A program made the position numbers and the translations under genes. From Candidatus Brocadia sp. (GTDB lineage: Bacteria; Planctomycetota; Brocadiia; Brocadiales; Brocadiaceae), in the NCBI GenBank assembly GCA_021650915.1, contig CP091279.1:1920001-1952000 (forward strand): a stretch of DNA of 32,000 bases, written 5' to 3'. The number at the start of each line of letters is the position of its first letter. Position 1 is the first letter of the stretch. This document shows, piece after piece, positions 7,613 to 15,383 of this stretch. The notes under the pieces are model-generated. The model was not told the origin of the DNA. It did no database searches and was given only the letters and a program-made list of their open reading frames with translations.

Positions 7613-8486
7613 TTAAGCAACATATTTCATTGTTGTAGGGAGATGCTTCTTTTTCATTTCAAGAGATGCGCCCAAAATACGATATCCTTTTTCAGTAACT
7701 TTATACCTCGTCGAACGGGGTATTTTCGATATAAGCCCGTGAGCCCTGAGCTTTCTTATTATCCTCGTTATTTTTGAGCCCGTCTTTTTCTTCTCTTCCG
7801 GCGACCTGGTATTATCACCAAACAATTGGCTCCTCAAATCTTTATTTCTAAAACCATTTATACTATGAGCGCCGTCTAAAACGGCTTCAAATACTCTGGT
7901 TATTTCAGGGGATAATGGATTAAATCCGGAATGACGGCTCTGTCCATCACGGACAGGTTGAGCAAGTTGCTCCAGTTCTTTTACACAATCGTGCAGGGGT
8001 ACAACTGCTGATAATGCACCCAAATATCGCCCATTGGCGCTTTTCGATACCTCAGCATAACGGTAAAGATGAAACACACTCTTACCCATAGGCACCCATC
8101 TCATCACTTTTTCACCACAACGCTCTACCTCACGGTATATCTTAAACTCACGCGGGTTATTCATGATTGTTTCCACCCGTAACACACTCCATTTGTCATA
8201 CATCTTCAGGGAATTCTTCTTCATGCGGTGCTTGATGCGAACCCCTTGCGGTCTTTTCTTCGTCCGTTATAATCTCGCCTCGAAAATTACCCGTGAGTTT
8301 TCTCCCCAAAAAGGTCATCACGTCTGAGGCATTGAAGTTCACTAAGGCATGCTCTACCAGTTCCGGATAGATTTCTCGCAAACTTTGCCGATCTTTGAAC
8401 ATTACATCGGTTGCATACTCCCCTTGATCCAGCACCCAATAATATCCCTTAGAAAATACCTTTTTTATCCGGGGTAAAACGGGATT
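7613..8486 (-). pseudogene. IS-associated conserved ORF (putative transposase of unassigned family), frameshifted and 5'-truncated
   Basis: ORFs 8196-8549 and 7613-8224 join into one reading (...NFRGEII/RTKKRPQGVRIKHRMKKNSLKMYDKWSVLRVETIMNNPREFK...) if one nucleotide is corrected near 8262-8272. The upstream part is cut at 8486/8487 by the 51-bp terminus of the next element. Its 3' flank recurs at 5822-5880. Confidence 0.6.
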
Positions 8487-8537
8487 GTAACAGTTCACCC
8501 CCTGGTGTGAAAGAAACAAATTCATCGGGGCATTTTT
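8487..8537 (+). repeat. Left terminal inverted repeat (51 bp)
   Basis: gtaacagttcaccccctggtgtgaaagaaacaaattcatcggggcattttt, the exact reverse complement of 9963-10013. Confidence 0.95.
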
Positions 8538-8576
8538 TTCTGACTTCACCCTGTTTCATTTGTTATACTCCCAGTC

Positions 8577-9929
8577 ATGGAAATAACCATAACAATATGT
8601 GGGTGCAGCATCACGCCCTCTGATATCCAACGTATCCAAAGCTTCATGGACGAACACCCCCATTGGCATAGGACGAAACTCTCCCGGGAACTCTGCATTG
8701 CCTGGGATTGGAAAACACACAATGGCCAGTACAAAGATATGGCATGTCGCGGCCTCCTTCTCAAACTGGAAAAGCTCGGCATTATTACCTTGCCTCTCCG
8801 TCGTGCCCAAGCTTATAACTCCCTTCGGAATCGGCTGGTTCATCCTGTCCAACACCGGCAATCTCCTATTCACGCCCGTTTGAAAACCCTTGTTTCGCTT
8901 CACATCGAACGTGTTCAAAAAGACGAACACAAGACCCTCTTTCATACCTTGCTTGCGCTTTACCATTACCTTGGCTCCTCGAGAATGGCGGGTGAAAATG
9001 TGAAGTATATCGTTTTCGACCGTAATGCTAACCCACTTGCCTGCATTCTCTTTGGTTCCCCAGCCTGGAAGGTTGCACCCCGCGACTCATTCATCGGCTG
9101 GGATATTCTGGCCAGGAAACACTCTCTCCACCTCATCGCCAATAACCTGCGTTTTCTTATTCTTCCCTGGGTGCGCGTTCCCCATCTGGCAAGCCACATT
9201 CTTGGACTCATTGCTCGCCGCATCAGGAATGATTTCGTACACAAATACGGACATCCCGTTTACCTGCTCGAAACCTTTGTCGAGCGGGAACGCTTTGACG
9301 GCATTATCATCTCCGACCGCTTTTCCGCTTACCTCAAATATCACAAAGACCGGACGTGCGGACTTCTGCAACTCTGCTGGGCACACATTATCCGTGATGT
9401 CAAGGCGCTCTGCACGGAACCTGCTTATGGTTCGTCCAAACCCTTCTCCCTGCTCATGCGCCAACGCATTGGCACCGTTTTCCGAATATGGCACGCACAT
9501 AAACACAACACCCTCTCGCGCGAGCAACTCATTGCCTTGACGCAACCGATACTTCTGGAGATGCGCTCCTTCCTGGAAAACAACCGGAATGCGCCTTCAC
9601 AGGCCGTCTCTAAGTTTTCCTGCCAACTCCTGAAAAAGTGGGAGCATCTTTTTGTCTTTCTCTCCCATCAGGGAGTTGAACCCACCAACAACCTGGCCGA
9701 ACGTTCGATTCGTCCTGCGGTGCAATCCCGAAAATTAAGTTATTGTACCCGCAGCGACAAGGGACAGATTCTTCGGGTGCGGTTGCTTACCGTTTGGCAA
9801 TCCTGCCGGATGCAGCGTAGAAACACCCTTGACTTCTTCCGTCAATCTATCCACGCCCACCGACACCATCTCCCCATGCCATCCTTGCTTCTACAACACC
9901 TCCCTGACCACACTCATCTGGCTGCTTAA
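8577..9929 (+). CDS. Chimeric ORF: DUF4338-like N-terminal ~240 aa fused in frame to the C-terminal half of an IS66-family transposase
   Basis: The N-terminal part matches my recollection of DUF4338 (HRTKLSRELCIAWDWKTHNGQYKDMACRGLLLKLEKLGIITLP; YHYLGSSRMAGENVKYIVF; NNLRFLILPWVRVPHLASHILG; YLLETFVERERFDG). From ~9300 it switches to IS66 TnpC-type motifs (ISDRFSAY; CWAHIIRDV; GVEPTNNLAERSIRPAVQSRK). The region that would carry the first catalytic Asp is absent. Confidence 0.7.
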   Translation: MEITITICGCSITPSDIQRIQSFMDEHPHWHRTKLSRELCIAWDWKTHNGQYKDMACRGLLLKLEKLGIITLPLRRAQAYNSLRNRLVHPVQHRQSPIHARLKTLVSLHIERVQKDEHKTLFHTLLALYHYLGSSRMAGENVKYIVFDRNANPLACILFGSPAWKVAPRDSFIGWDILARKHSLHLIANNLRFLILPWVRVPHLASHILGLIARRIRNDFVHKYGHPVYLLETFVERERFDGIIISDRFSAYLKYHKDRTCGLLQLCWAHIIRDVKALCTEPAYGSSKPFSLLMRQRIGTVFRIWHAHKHNTLSREQLIALTQPILLEMRSFLENNRNAPSQAVSKFSCQLLKKWEHLFVFLSHQGVEPTNNLAERSIRPAVQSRKLSYCTRSDKGQILRVRLLTVWQSCRMQRRNTLDFFRQSIHAHRHHLPMPSLLLQHLPDHTHLAA

Positions 9930-9962
9930 TTCTTCCGAATTACTCTACGCAGCCTATCTCTT

Positions 9963-10013
9963 AAAAATGCCCCGATGAATTTGTTTCTTTCACACCAGGG
10001 GGTGAACTGTTAC
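9963..10013 (-). repeat. Right terminal inverted repeat (51 bp)
   Basis: aaaaatgccccgatgaatttgtttctttcacaccagggggtgaactgttac, the exact reverse complement of 8487-8537. Confidence 0.95.
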
Positions 10014-10195
10014 CTTTTTTCTTTATCTAATATCTCATTTTTTCCTAATATTTTTTTGAGAAGTACAAAAGTGTTTTCCATGGCTTGTCTTTTCGTTATA
10101 CCAGAACCTTGTGCCGCCTTCTCAAAAGTTTTTCCAGTAATACTATCAGAACTCATAATAGTATCTTCGTTACCGCATCCACATTCATAGCACAT
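10010..10195 (-). CDS. Small Cys-rich protein (MCYECGCG...), C-terminus defined by the IS terminus
   Basis: ATG at 10195 lies 7 nt after AAGGAG. The 61-aa product starts with C-x2-C-x-C. Its stop codon TAA (10012-10010) lies inside the IS terminal repeat, so the native C-terminus may be lost. Confidence 0.5.
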   Translation of the reverse strand: MCYECGCGNEDTIMSSDSITGKTFEKAAQGSGITKRQAMENTFVLLKKILGKNEILDKEKR

Positions 10196-10286
10196 GTCTT
10201 TTACTCCTTTCATAACGCTGCTGAGATACGAAAGTACATCTGTAAAAACACCTCTTTGTACATTGTAGCAGCAATGCTTCTATCAA

Positions 10287-10370
10287 TCAAATTTTTTCAA
10301 ACTGGTCATGTGGCACGCCGCATACGGGGCAGACCAGGCCTTCTGGTAAATCCTTGAAGTTGGTAGTCAT
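10287..10370 (-). pseudogene. Rubredoxin-like C-terminal remnant
   Basis: The minus-strand frame reads MTTNFKDLPEGLVCPVCGVPHDQFEKI*, which matches the second half of rubredoxin ([23 protein letters not shown] pattern). The upstream region (to ~10440) holds a decayed first CxxC (FQVCVITLPC*) in another frame, with stops. Confidence 0.45.
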
Positions 10371-10479
10371 TTCTGGCGCATGAAATAAGGAGCCGCTTAA
10401 ATTTTTAACAAGGTAACGTTATCACACAAACCTGGAATTCTTTATCCTTGAATTGCATTTCCTCTCTTCTTTGTCTTTT

Positions 10480-10956
10480 TCATTCGGCAATCCTTGCGGG
10501 CATTGCATTTCCGGTTTGCGTTCCCAACGAACTTTCTCTCATTTGGGTTTGCTCCGCAACGGCGGAAAGCGATGATTGATCCGTTCCTGAATCTTCTTTG
10601 ATACCGGCTGTTACGTTCTTTTCTTCAGGCATCAGTTGTTGGTTTGCGGGGGTCTTACGGGCGGGTGTTCCCTCTTCTATGGTATGTTTCCAATCTTCGA
10701 AGCCGATATTTTTTGCCCGAAGCGTTTCTGCTCCATGAGCCAATCGGTCCTTTTCCTGGATTAACACCATGTGTGTTTGCAATAATTCCTGGTACTTTTC
10801 TTCGAGCTCTTTTCGTTTATGCGACTGAATTTCCGCTTCGGTCTTTGCATGTTCGTATCGGGAGGCCATGTACGTTGCAAAAAAGAGGCACATAAAACAA
10901 AATAATACTGCCCCGATCTTGAGGAAACCCGATATCCGGGCGCTGACGTACACCAT
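10480..10956 (-). CDS. Hypothetical membrane-anchored coiled-coil protein
   Basis: 158-aa ORF with one N-terminal TM helix (FLKIGAVLFCFMCLFFATYM). A charged heptad-like region follows (EIQSHKRKELEEKYQELLQTHMVLIQEKDRL), then a low-complexity tail. The RBS is weak. Confidence 0.45.
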   Translation of the reverse strand: MVYVSARISGFLKIGAVLFCFMCLFFATYMASRYEHAKTEAEIQSHKRKELEEKYQELLQTHMVLIQEKDRLAHGAETLRAKNIGFEDWKHTIEEGTPARKTPANQQLMPEEKNVTAGIKEDSGTDQSSLSAVAEQTQMRESSLGTQTGNAMPARIAE

Positions 10957-11319
10957 AACTGATGGCCTTTTCTCTTTATTGAACGATTACGGGGAAACAG
11001 AATACCTTTTCCCACAAGGGTGCTCATAGCATAGAGCATTTTCCGTGCAATTGCAAATGGTTTTAAAACTCTCTGCCGGATGAATACAGACTATTCGTAT
11101 TATCGCATACAATCTTTTTTTCTTGTCTTCATGCTGATATGTTTTTGTACGCTTTTACAGCCCTCTTCATCGTCTCGCCGACAGCGGAGGTTGGGTTACG
11201 ATGGTGCCGCGGTAGGAATTTGTTGGCATTTGTCTTGACTGAGTTCTATAAATTTGTTATGAGTTATGATTATTTATTTTGGTATTTTCATCATTACATA
11301 TCAAAAAGGGTAAAGATCC

Positions 11320-11691
11320 ATGACCGAATTGATCAGTAAGCTTGAAATAAAAAGGATTCATCACTATGTACAAAAGATACAACAAGTAACACAGAGGATC
11401 GATATTTTCTGCTCAGCGCTCCTGCTGCAGGCGTGGAGAAGAATGAATTATGTTTTCAATAGACGGGAAATTCATTCTTCTTTAAAAAGGCGGCAGGGAA
11501 ATTGTTTGCGTTGTGGACGGTGTTGCCACGCATCTTTTAAATGCCAGCACCTTGAGTACGACGATAAAGGTCTTTCTCTCTGTAAAGTATACGACCGGAA
11601 GCCGCTCATGTGTTCACTCTATCCTTATAATGAAAAAGACTATTTTTTTCATCTCAAACCGACCTGTGGTTATAAATATGACGATGAATAA
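11320..11691 (+). CDS. YkgJ-family cysteine-cluster protein
   Basis: It has a CLRCGRCC motif followed by C-x...LC...C..YP...CGY, typical of the YkgJ/UPF0153 CxxCxxCC family. Confidence 0.6.
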   Translation: MTELISKLEIKRIHHYVQKIQQVTQRIDIFCSALLLQAWRRMNYVFNRREIHSSLKRRQGNCLRCGRCCHASFKCQHLEYDDKGLSLCKVYDRKPLMCSLYPYNEKDYFFHLKPTCGYKYDDE

Positions 11692-11706
11692 TGACATCCC
11701 GTAATC

Positions 11707-12816
11707 ATGAAAAAAACGCCGCTGTATGATACCCACCTCGCCTTTCATGCAAAAATGGTGTCTTTCCATGACTATGTCATGCCCCTCCACTATGATACCA
11801 TCATTAACGAACATCAGGGTGTAAGAAAAAAAGCGGGACTCTTCGATATATCCCACATGGGAAGATTTGAGATCAGAGGAGATACAGCGTTCCCGTTTAT
11901 TCAAAGCGTTATCACAAATGACGCGGGCAAACTTGAAGACATGCAAGTCCAGTATACCCCCGTCTGTAACGAACGGGGTGGAATCCTTGATGACGTCCTC
12001 GTCTATAAACGGCAGAGAGATCATTTTTTGCTGATAGTAAACTGCGGTAATAAAGAAAAGGATTGGCTATGGTTCCAGAGGCAGGCGGCATCCTACCAGC
12101 AGCTGGAAATAAAGGATCTAACCGACACGGTATCTCTTATTGCATTGCAGGGGCCACTGTCCCTGTGGATGCTTGAAAAGACCTTCGGCAGAAAATTTGA
12201 TTGCCTGAAACGGTTTTATTTTGGTGATTTCACCTGGGAAGGCGTTCGCATGATCATTTCCCGGACAGGATACACCGGCGAGGATGGTTTCGAGATATTT
12301 GTGGATGCCCAGCACCTTGTAAAACTATGGAATCTGCTCATGGACAAAAATTATCAGGATGGTTTGATCCCAGCAGGTCTCGGGGCACGAGACACCCTGC
12401 GCCTGGAGGCTGGTCTTTTACTCTATGGAAACGATATGGACGAAACGATAACTCCCCTTGAGACAACGATTGACTGGACGGTAAAATTCGATAAGGATCG
12501 CTTCGTTGGCAAGGAATTCTTGCTGCAACAGAAAGAAAAAGGGCCCGGCAGGAAATTAGCCGGCTTTGAGATGATTGACCGGGGCATTCCACGGCATGGT
12601 TATCCCGTAGTCAAAGGAAGCGCGGTCATTGGCAAGGTCACCAGCGGGTCTTTTAGCCCATCCACGAATAAAAACATCGGTTTCTGTCTGATACAATCCT
12701 CTTATGCCAACGTAGGGGAGGAGTTTCATATCCATATCAGGGGCGCACCTTATCTTGCGCGCGTGGTAAAGGCGCCGTTTTATCATAGGAAAAATGTGAC
12801 AGGAGGCTGTATATGA
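11707..12816 (+). CDS. gcvT: Glycine cleavage system aminomethyltransferase (T protein)
   Basis: 369 aa with typical blocks (TPLYDTHL...AKMV.F..Y.MP..Y; GLFDISHMGRFEIRG; SRTGYTGEDGFEI; GLGARDTLRLEAGLLLYGNDMD). Confidence 0.9.
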   Translation: MKKTPLYDTHLAFHAKMVSFHDYVMPLHYDTIINEHQGVRKKAGLFDISHMGRFEIRGDTAFPFIQSVITNDAGKLEDMQVQYTPVCNERGGILDDVLVYKRQRDHFLLIVNCGNKEKDWLWFQRQAASYQQLEIKDLTDTVSLIALQGPLSLWMLEKTFGRKFDCLKRFYFGDFTWEGVRMIISRTGYTGEDGFEIFVDAQHLVKLWNLLMDKNYQDGLIPAGLGARDTLRLEAGLLLYGNDMDETITPLETTIDWTVKFDKDRFVGKEFLLQQKEKGPGRKLAGFEMIDRGIPRHGYPVVKGSAVIGKVTSGSFSPSTNKNIGFCLIQSSYANVGEEFHIHIRGAPYLARVVKAPFYHRKNVTGGCI

Positions 12817-13208
12817 CGAGGATACCAAACGAACTCCTTTATACGAAGACACACGAATGGGCAAAAAAAATAGATTCAAACGTCGTCATGATGGGGATTA
12901 CCGCCCATGCACAAGAGCAACTCAGGGACATTGTCTTTGTGGAGTTGCCTCCTTTGGGGAGAGAATTAAAGGCGGGTGCCGCTTGTGCGGTGGTGGAATC
13001 CGTAAAGGCCGCATGCGATATCTTCGCCCCGCTATCGGGAAAGGTTGTTAAAATCAATCAACAGATCCAGGAAAGACCGCAACTGGTAAACGAAGACCCT
13101 TACGGCGAGGGATGGTTTTTGCACATCGAGGTATCTCATCCAGACGAATTCAATGCCCTGTTAAGTCCGGCTCAATATCAAGCTATCAGCGAATCGGCGC
13201 ATCAATGA
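12813..13208 (+). CDS. gcvH: Glycine cleavage system H protein
   Basis: 131 aa with YTKTHEW and the lipoyl-lysine block VESVKAACDIFAPLSGKV, then NEDPYGEGW. The start overlaps the gcvT stop (ATGA). Confidence 0.9.
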   Translation: MTRIPNELLYTKTHEWAKKIDSNVVMMGITAHAQEQLRDIVFVELPPLGRELKAGAACAVVESVKAACDIFAPLSGKVVKINQQIQERPQLVNEDPYGEGWFLHIEVSHPDEFNALLSPAQYQAISESAHQ

Positions 13209-13371
13209 AAGGAATCAGCAAAGGGAAAATACGAACATGCCTTTTTGCCCTCCATCGGGGAATGTCCCTATGATTTCCTCATGATTGCTCACAATACCCA
13301 CTATTCCTTCATAATGTGTGAGACGGAGACCAACATCACTTGCTTGGGGAGCACGGTATCAGACACATCCC

Positions 13372-14043
13372 CTACTCTGAACACAGCCACAATTCTTGCT
13401 CAAGACGTTCGATCATGGAGCTGTATTTTTCATGAACACCAGATTCGAGATCTTCTTTTTCCAGGGCTTCGAATTTCTTTATGAACAGCGCCTGTTCATC
13501 GGGGGTCAATACCTTGTTGATCCATGGGAAGAGGAGCTTTTCCTCCATGTCGATGTGTTTATCCATATTCTTTATGTAGGAATGAGCAATTTTAGCGATC
13601 TTCTTCTTTGCCTTCTTCCCCTGATCGAAATAATTAAGCGCTGTCGTCAGGTTTCTCATTTCATCACGCGCTGAGACATGTTCCATAAGGAGTCGCCCTA
13701 AAAAATCCTTCTTTTCGCCTTCGTTTTTTACTTTGAGCGCGGGGAAGAGCACCTTGTCTTCCTTCTCCTGATGGTGTTTATCAGAAAATTCAGAGATGAT
13801 CTTCACCATGTCCTGGAAATTTTCTTTCGAAACGGGTTTTTCGTGGTCCAGACAATAGGCGGCCTTCCCCAGGAGGCGCAACATCCTTTTGACTGCATCA
13901 AGGTCATTGTGGAGTATGTCCGTAACCGATGGGTTGGTATTTTCAAGGTGCGCATGCTCCTGATAAATGCGGTGCTTGGGAGGAGCGCAGGCCGTAATGC
14001 CGGCACAGGAAATAACAACAAGAATGGCAAAAAATCTTTTCAT
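13372..14043 (-). CDS. Hemerythrin-like (HHE cation-binding) domain lipoprotein
   Basis: It has a signal peptide with a lipobox-like VVISC/ITAC. Paired H/E motifs are present (HHQEKEDKVLFPAL; LMEHVSARDEM; HIDMEEKLLFPWI). It sits 2 nt downstream of the CBS gene and is likely co-transcribed. Confidence 0.65.
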   Translation of the reverse strand: MKRFFAILVVISCAGITACAPPKHRIYQEHAHLENTNPSVTDILHNDLDAVKRMLRLLGKAAYCLDHEKPVSKENFQDMVKIISEFSDKHHQEKEDKVLFPALKVKNEGEKKDFLGRLLMEHVSARDEMRNLTTALNYFDQGKKAKKKIAKIAHSYIKNMDKHIDMEEKLLFPWINKVLTPDEQALFIKKFEALEKEDLESGVHEKYSSMIERLEQELWLCSE

Positions 14044-14045
14044 GC

Positions 14046-14444
14046 TTAATCAGCAAAGAAGGTTACAAATTTGGGTTCTACGACGCTATTCAGGATATCA
14101 CATCGGGAGATGACTCCCACCAGCGTATCGTTTCTCGTGACGGGGACGCGGATAATGTTATACTTGGTCATAAGGTCTATGATCTGGTCAACGGCGGTGT
14201 CTTCATTTACACAGATGGGATTTTTTGACATAATCTCCCCGGCCGTTACCTGTTCCAGGGCCTTTCCGCTTCGAATTGCCTTAAGAAGATCGAACTCGCT
14301 TACGATTCCAAGCACCTTCCCCTTGTCATCGACAACGGGCAATCCGCTGTACATACCGGACAATAGTTTTACCGCCAGGTCTCTGCCGATGGTGTTCTGC
14401 TTTGCCGCGGTAACAATCTTGTTCATGACCTCCTTGGCTTTCAT
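14046..14444 (-). CDS. CBS-pair domain protein
   Basis: 132 aa with two CBS motifs (YSGLPVVDDKGKVLGIVSEFDLL; YNIIRVPVTRNDTLVGVISRCDIL). A strong RBS (AAGGAGGGAG) precedes the start. Confidence 0.8.
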   Translation of the reverse strand: MKAKEVMNKIVTAAKQNTIGRDLAVKLLSGMYSGLPVVDDKGKVLGIVSEFDLLKAIRSGKALEQVTAGEIMSKNPICVNEDTAVDQIIDLMTKYNIIRVPVTRNDTLVGVISRCDILNSVVEPKFVTFFAD

Positions 14445-14590
14445 ATCACTCCCTCCTTTTCAATGATAAATAAGGGCGGATTAAGACGCCTGCCTTTCCG
14501 CGCCGAATCCCCTTTCACGGTATCTGAAACTGGTGGATTCGCTCCTCTCATCGTAACCTCAGGGCAGGCTTAACCGCCCCTGCCGCAAAC
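14445..14590 (-). promoter_or_regulatory. Structured 5' leader with mutually exclusive helices (candidate cis-regulatory RNA)
   Basis: A long-range 17-bp helix forms between 14474-14494 and 14563-14579. It competes with a local hairpin 14563-14568/14579-14584 that reuses the same ggcagg strand. An inner 7-bp stem forms at 14504-14510/14535-14541. The helix ends ~25 nt before the RBS of the CBS-hemerythrin operon. It matches no riboswitch class I know. Confidence 0.35.
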
Positions 14591-14719
14591 ATACAATATA
14601 AAGATCCTCTGCAAAGAAATTGACACAACGGCCTGGAATCATCAATTTCACAGATGGTATCAGCACGTAATTATACGGACGATTCGCTGTTTGTCAAACA
14701 AGAAGAAATGAGAAAAGCC

Positions 14720-14748
14720 TTGATAACTTGTCGGTTAATTGATAATAT
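14720..14748 (+). promoter_or_regulatory. Sigma-70-like promoter candidate upstream of hslVU
   Basis: TTGATA (14720-14725), 17-nt spacer, TAATAT (14743-14748). It lies ~95 nt upstream of the hslV start. Confidence 0.35.
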
Positions 14749-14843
14749 CTTCCCATTGTTTCCATTGGCTTTAAAGACAGATTCTGCGTAAAACCAGCGC
14801 ATTCGTCTGCCATACGCATTACTTCCCGAAGGAGAATTGGCAC

Positions 14844-15383
14844 GTGAAACCGGTTATTGTATCAACAACGATTTTAGCCGTTCGCAAAGATGGGCATGTT
14901 GCCATTGGTGGCGACGGCCAGGTTACTATGAACGCCGCGGTAGTGAAGCAGGAGGCCAAAAAGATCCGAAGGCTTTATCATGACAAGGTCATTGTGGGTT
15001 TTGCCGGTTCATCCGCGGATGCCTTTGCACTCATGGAAAGGTTTGACGCCAAGCTTGAGCAGTATCAGGGGAACGTCCTGCGCAGCGCGCACGAACTGGC
15101 CAAGGAATGGCGAACGGATAAGGTGCTCAGAAGGCTGGAATCCTTGCTGGTGGTTGTAGATAAACAATATTCCTTTTTGATCTCAGGCGGCGGAGATGTG
15201 ATTGAGCCGGATGACGGCGTTATTGGCATCGGTTCTGGTGGCGCGTATGCCATTGCGGCAGCCAGGGCATTGCTGAAGCACACCTCATTGTCCGCAAAAG
15301 AGATCGTTGAAGCATCTCTTGGCATAGCGGCGGATATCTGCGTGTATACCAATAAGAATATCAAGGTGGAGGAGGTCAAGTAG
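14844..15383 (+). CDS. hslV: ATP-dependent protease subunit HslV
   Basis: Contains [31 protein letters not shown] and GSGGAYA blocks. GTG start lies 9 nt after GAAGGAG. Seven residues precede the catalytic-type TT. Confidence 0.9.
   Translation: MKPVIVSTTILAVRKDGHVAIGGDGQVTMNAAVVKQEAKKIRRLYHDKVIVGFAGSSADAFALMERFDAKLEQYQGNVLRSAHELAKEWRTDKVLRRLESLLVVVDKQYSFLISGGGDVIEPDDGVIGIGSGGAYAIAAARALLKHTSLSAKEIVEASLGIAADICVYTNKNIKVEEVK

Larger units (their letters stand above)
8487..10013 (+). mobile_element. 1527-bp IS66-related non-autonomous element with 51-bp perfect terminal inverted repeats
   Basis: 8487-8537 is the exact reverse complement of 9963-10013 (51/51), and the termini begin GTAAC. There is a single internal ORF. 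No direct target duplication is seen (left flank acgggatt, right flank cttttttc). Confidence 0.75.

Noticed and set aside
8196-8549. N-terminus MKSEKNAPMNLFLSHQGVNCY of this ORF, and the mirror ORF 9975-10190
   Set aside because: Both start inside the 51-bp terminal repeats and read outward. They are read-out artefacts of the inverted termini, not genes.
8577-9300. DUF4338 domain as a Druantia DruA defence gene
   Set aside because: It lies inside an element bounded by transposon termini, is truncated and fused to a transposase fragment, and has no druB-E-like large neighbours or helicase gene. This is not a defence locus.
11040-11706. Glycine riboswitch expected upstream of gcvT
   Set aside because: There is no GGAGAG...CACCG/CUCUGGAGAG-type tandem aptamer sequence upstream of either the YkgJ-like gene or gcvT. 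The gcvT start is only 15 nt after the preceding gene.
14844-14867. Seven-residue N-terminal extension before the HslV catalytic Thr as an anomaly
   Set aside because: No alternative start exists closer to TTI. Short pro-sequences are known in some HslV/CodW homologues, so this is not evidence of anything unusual.
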